DNA from: the human T2T-CHM13v2.0 reference genome, Homo sapiens
Length of the DNA: 64,000 bases
Reading direction: 5' to 3' (one strand)
Assembly (NCBI RefSeq): GCF_009914755.1
Contig: NC_060931.1
The translations under genes and the position numbers were made by a program. The notes beneath the pieces were generated by a model. That model had not been told where the DNA came from. It saw only the letters and a program-made list of their open reading frames with translations, and searched no databases. Shown one piece after another: positions 57,441-64,000 of the stretch (its first letter is position 1; every line of letters starts with the position of its first letter).

Positions 57441-57790
57441 CAGAAGTTGCAAAATAGCAGCTCATGGGCCAGATATGGCTCACTGCTTGGAGTTTTGTTT
57501 TGCTTTGTTTTTTGGCTTTCATTTCTTTTGTTTGGCTTCTTAAAAATATTAAGTAAATTGCCAATATTTAGTTATTAGGAGTTTTCACATAAGAATATGG
57601 ATTTCTGGCATCTCTTGACAAACGGGATGGTGTGGCAGGGCTGAGCCTGCATCCTGAGTGGCAGCCCTTCTGCAGCTGAGTAGCTGCTGTTCCCTTACGT
57701 CTTGCAGGTTGCCACAGCCCCTGCACTTGGCCTGGTTTCTTCTGTTATATTACCAGGCTGGCCCCTCTCAGTATTTGGGTTTCTGACCCA
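57441..57790 (+). mobile_element. MER102/Charlie4-like hAT remnant
   Basis: aaattgccaatattta..gagttttcacataagaatatggatttctggcatctcttga..gctgagtagctgctg resembles recalled MER102. Confidence 0.55.
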
Positions 57791-57902
57791 TAGTTTGTAT
57801 ACCTGTTTAGCCTCCTTGTGCCCTCATTCCTTTCTCCTAGTCTCCTATTCTATTAGGGGCCTCACAGATAAGAGTTTCTAAACCACTGAACCACTGTGCT
57901 GA

Positions 57903-58262
<360 letters not shown>

Positions 58263-59493
58263 TGACACTGCTGTTCTCCTCCCAGGTGCCATCTGATTAA
58301 TACCTAAATATACACACTGCCCCTAATGTCCTTCTCCAACCTCTCATCTCCCATTGTCTTATTTCTACCCAGGAGAATATGTTTATTTATAATTATTATA
58401 AGTTCCATGAAGGCATGACTTTGTCTTATTTACAACCATATTTCTAGTGCTTAGAACAATACCTGGCACCCAGCTGTTGCACAGTAGATAATCACTGAAT
58501 GAATGAATGAATGAATGAACAGCTGTCTGCTAAGTTCTAGGGATTTATCTTTTCTTTCCTCTTTTGATAAGACCCTCCTGTTCAGGGGTTGGCTTAGCCA
58601 GGCCAGATGACATCTTGGCATTACGTAAAATAACTGCGTTAACCCAGCCCCTACTGTGGGAGAAGAGGGAGGTGGGGAACAAGATCCTGTATGAATCAAA
58701 TCACAGAAGTTTGTTTTCCCTTGTGATTTCTCTCAGACCACAAAGAGCTCTAGACAGCTTTGTGACTCTGGAAAGTATCATAGAGACAAATTTGTTTCAT
58801 TTCCCCTTGCTTGGCTCTTATTTTGAGCCTTCTGACTCTTACTAACAGCTTCATGCCCTTACAGTGTTGTAGACCAGTCTGTTGGCCTGGCACAAAAATG
58901 TTGCGTCCTCAGCCACTGGGCATTGGAACTTATGTTGGTACATAAGAAGTGGTTCCACAGGAGTTAGAGTCTTTTGAGTTGCATTTCATCTAAGTGAATA
59001 AAGAAACTTCTAGTTCAGCTTGAAGAAGAAAGATGTGAGGTCATGAGAGTCCTCATCTGTTCGAAGGTTTATGTTATAAGAGAGGAATTAGACTTGAGTT
59101 TCTCTTGAGAACTGGGTCAGCATCCAGTACTTTGAGGTAGAAGTATTCGAAGATAGATTACAGCTTAAGGAAAACTACCTGGGGACCAAAACTGCCTGCC
59201 CAGGAGATAGGTAGCTTTCTTCCCCTGGAGTTGCGGTGTGTGGCTTTAGTGATCTTTTTTAAATCCTATATTCTATTATGTCAGTGTTCTTATCCATAAA
59301 TAAATTTTGACTCCTGAAGATTGTACGTTTCATAGATCAGATTGCAAAGACTTCCTTTTGGCCGGTTGTATCTGTCCTTTAAATTCAAAAAACAAAAAGG
59401 AGGGGGAGGGTTCCGTAAAGCCCATCCCTTTGGCTTTATTCTGGATAGGTGAGGGAAGGGCCTGCAGACTTGGCCAGGACTAGAAGAAAATTC

Positions 59494-59495
<2 letters not shown>

Positions 59496-59532
<37 letters not shown>
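59496..59532. repeat. (GT)~18 microsatellite
   Basis: Direct observation, ~100 bp upstream of ZNF862 exon 4. Confidence 0.95.
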
Positions 59533-59534
<2 letters not shown>

Positions 59535-59596
59535 TTCCGTCTTTCATATTTGGTGTACCTCAGAGCCCCTGTGAGTTGCAGTGGCTCTAACTATAG

Positions 59597-60343
<747 letters not shown>

Positions 60344-60715
60344 TAATGATTGCTGTATCTTACAGAGAAGGATTCTATACTGAGAACGATGTATATCCAT
60401 GCTGATGATGGAAAAAAGAATACTAGTGATAACCCACTGCTAACATCATAATGTTGGCATATACCAACATGCTTATCATGGACTAGGCATTGTTTTAGAC
60501 GCGTTCCATGTATTATCTCATTTAATTTGGACAACAACCCTATTATCATCTCCTTTTTGCAAATAACGTAATTAGTGAGATAGAACATTTCTACTTCTGG
60601 TATAAAGGAAACAATCATCTTTATTCAGAATCCAAAATAAACACAGATCTCAAGAAATAGCCTACAACCACAAAATCACAGAGCTCTTAAGTAGTCAATA
60701 TTTAAATTTGTTTTG

Positions 60716-60999
<284 letters not shown>

Positions 61000-61939
61000 A
61001 GTATTTTTTAAATTTTAAGTTTGGAGTCATGTTGCACTTGTAAACATTGCAGTTTTTTCACACATGTTGTTTGATGTAATGTTTCTGATGTTGCTGTGAG
61101 GCCGGTAGAGCAGGTGCTATTAAACTCATCTTGTTGGAAGAACACAGACTTTGGAGGAAGTGACATGTCCAGGGTCCTAGAGCTCTTGTAGTCAGTGCCA
61201 GAATCTGCCCAGAGTCCTGAGCTGCCAGCCCATGCTTTCCTTCCACTCCCCGCAGCACTGCTGGGCACTAAAGTACTCTAGCGCCCACCTTAGGTTTCCT
61301 TTGTAGTTACCGAATGCTTTGGAAAGTTGTCCTGTAAGGAAACTACGTTCATTGGAAGCTTCCCCATTTCTCACCTATTGCATAGAAGTAGAATTTTACA
61401 ACAAATCATTTTTAACTCCCCTCCAGGAGTCTGGTGAGAATAGCTCGGAGGTTCCTCCTAGAGCTGACATCATAAGGAATCCAGTTCAACTTCGTAAACT
61501 CTCATTTTTCCAAAATCCAGAAAAACAGCATAGCTCATTTCTTTTCCTGTTCCTGATATTTTTTAGTATTAGAAGCTAATGAACCGATGTAACCTTTTAT
61601 CATCTGAATTCAGCAGTGAGGCGTGTGTAAACCAGTCACTGGTCATAAGCATCTTTAGCTTTTTTGACCACCTCTTTGTTCCCATCCCATTGGGAAATCT
61701 TAGGTGCTCCTAGAGGCACACAGTCACCTTTTAGTTGTAGGTGACCAGGAGGCAGCTCTCAGGACTCTGAGGACAGCATGCAGTGAGAGGCTCTGCCCAG
61801 CTGCCTGTTCTTTCCACACGCTTTCATTTCCGCCCAGGAGATCCTAGGATCTGACCAAGTCTCACTTGGCTTTTACCTACTAATTCTGGCCTCCTGAATT
61901 TGATTCTTTGACTTTCAGTGGATAAATTAATTCCTCTGA

Positions 61940-62275
<336 letters not shown>

Positions 62276-63004
62276 TGACTTGGGAAGCCCACAAGGGGAG
62301 CTGTGGCTTGTGGTTATCTTCCCATTCCTGCCCCCTCCCTGTGTGTAGGCAGAGACCGATCCTGTCTTTTGCACCTCATAACTCCCCTGCTTGGGGTAAC
62401 TGTGCTTTATCACCTTCTCATCCACCCACCTGTTCATCCATTCGTCCCCCACCAAACATTTTGGAGTACCTACTATGTGCCAGATGAACACAGCTGATCC
62501 ATGGTCTCTGCTTTCAAGGGCCTAGCACGTTTGTGGGAGAGACAGACATTTTAATAAGAAACTATAAAATAATACAGTCTCCCATAAAAGAGCTTCCAGA
62601 AGAGTACCCGGGGCTACTGAAGAAGAGGGATTTGATTTCCTGGGCATTGGTGGGAGGAATCAGGAAGCCTTTATAGAGTAGGAAATGTTTTAATTGAGTT
62701 CAAAACCAGGTGGATCAGAAGGAGGAAGGGCATTGAGCCATGATGGAGGGGACGGCCTGGCAGAGCCACCCCTATCTGTGCAGCCCAGGGCTAAGGCTCC
62801 TGCATCCTGGCCAGGCGCCGGCAAGGGTTGGCAGCCTTCAGCACGGGAGTCATGGGGTTTGGACCTTGGCAGATTAGGAAGAGGGCAGTGCTTCTTGCTC
62901 CTCAGGATGGTGCTCTCCTCTCCTGCATCTGCTGTTTTATCTTCTCTTTGCCTCTTTCTGGCAGATTAGCAAGGTTCTTATGAAGCATCAAGATGGAAAG
63001 ACAA

Positions 63005-63251
<247 letters not shown>

Positions 63252-64000
63252 TAATTTTTAAATGGCTTCCCAAACATTCAGAAGTGACTAAAATTATTTA
63301 TTTTGTGGTGACAGAGGTTTTGTTGTCATGCCCTAGGTTAGGTGTATCCCCTCAGAGTATCACTGCCCGTGCTGTGCTGAAGAGCAGTGAGAGTGAGGGC
63401 GAAATTCACACCTGTCTTAAAAATGCATACCCTCTGCAAAAAGTTGGGTTTTCCTTTAATGTAATCGGCACTAGCGACTCAGTTTCACTGTGAGGCCCCC
63501 GGGCGATTGTGAAGGTACCAGGCGATGGTGTTGCTGGCCCAGGGCAGCTTCTGCAGCAGTGCAGGGAGGGCTGGCCAGGATTGTTTAGCCTGTGCCTGTT
63601 TCCTCACGTTTTGTGTGTTGACAGAGCATGATCTAAACATTTTATCAGTTTCTTTTTCATTTACGTAAATTAGGCAGTAGGGAAATCTCAGCTAACTAAG
63701 GTCTTTAAATTTTATTTGGATGAACAAAAAATGTAATCAGAGGGAAGGGAACTCATTTTCCTCGAGGGTCAGAGGCAGGAATCAGAAAGGCTTTCTAGGG
63801 GGTGGGCCTGGCCTCTCCGGTTGTCTGTGAAATTGAGACAGGTATGGGAGTCTAGAAACGGAGTTGCATGTGTGTGATTCCTTTCAGTTACTTTAATTGG
63901 ATCTCTGGTTATCCTTGAACTATCCCCGAATTTAAACAGTTCTTCATGTTTGAGATATAGAAGCATCTTAAGGAGCCTGGGGACTATGGGCAGGGCCTGG

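Overview
Primate (almost certainly human, chr7q36.1) genomic DNA; no prokaryotic features. Bases 1-~45,890 (+) hold the 3' ~80 exons of SCO-spondin (SSPO, now classed as the pseudogene SSPOP), with TIL/VWC, LDL-receptor class A, F5/8 type C, many thrombospondin type 1 (TSR) repeats and a C-terminal cystine knot. The stop is at 45735-45737 and AATAAA at 45868. Walking the splice phases exon by exon shows seven disabling lesions: two GT>TT splice donors (2427, 24025), a 4-bp duplication (18736), +1 insertions (30008, 36999), an in-frame TAG (37185) and a 1-bp deletion (39681). For each I can point to a sequence-visible or phase-based in-frame splice bypass. About 4.3 kb downstream is the CpG-island promoter and first five coding exons of ZNF862, a KRAB/TTF-zinc-finger gene related to hAT transposases, which runs off the window. 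Notable non-coding structure: a ~98%-identical 225/248-bp intronic inverted repeat around an AT-rich spacer (10707-11612), a ~1.9-kb C-rich VNTR whose units resemble 3' splice sites (41120-43043), an intragenic CpG island, and Alu, MER5, MLT1, Tigger3 and MER102-like elements. All coordinates were read by eye; family names come from recalled consensus sequences, not database searches.
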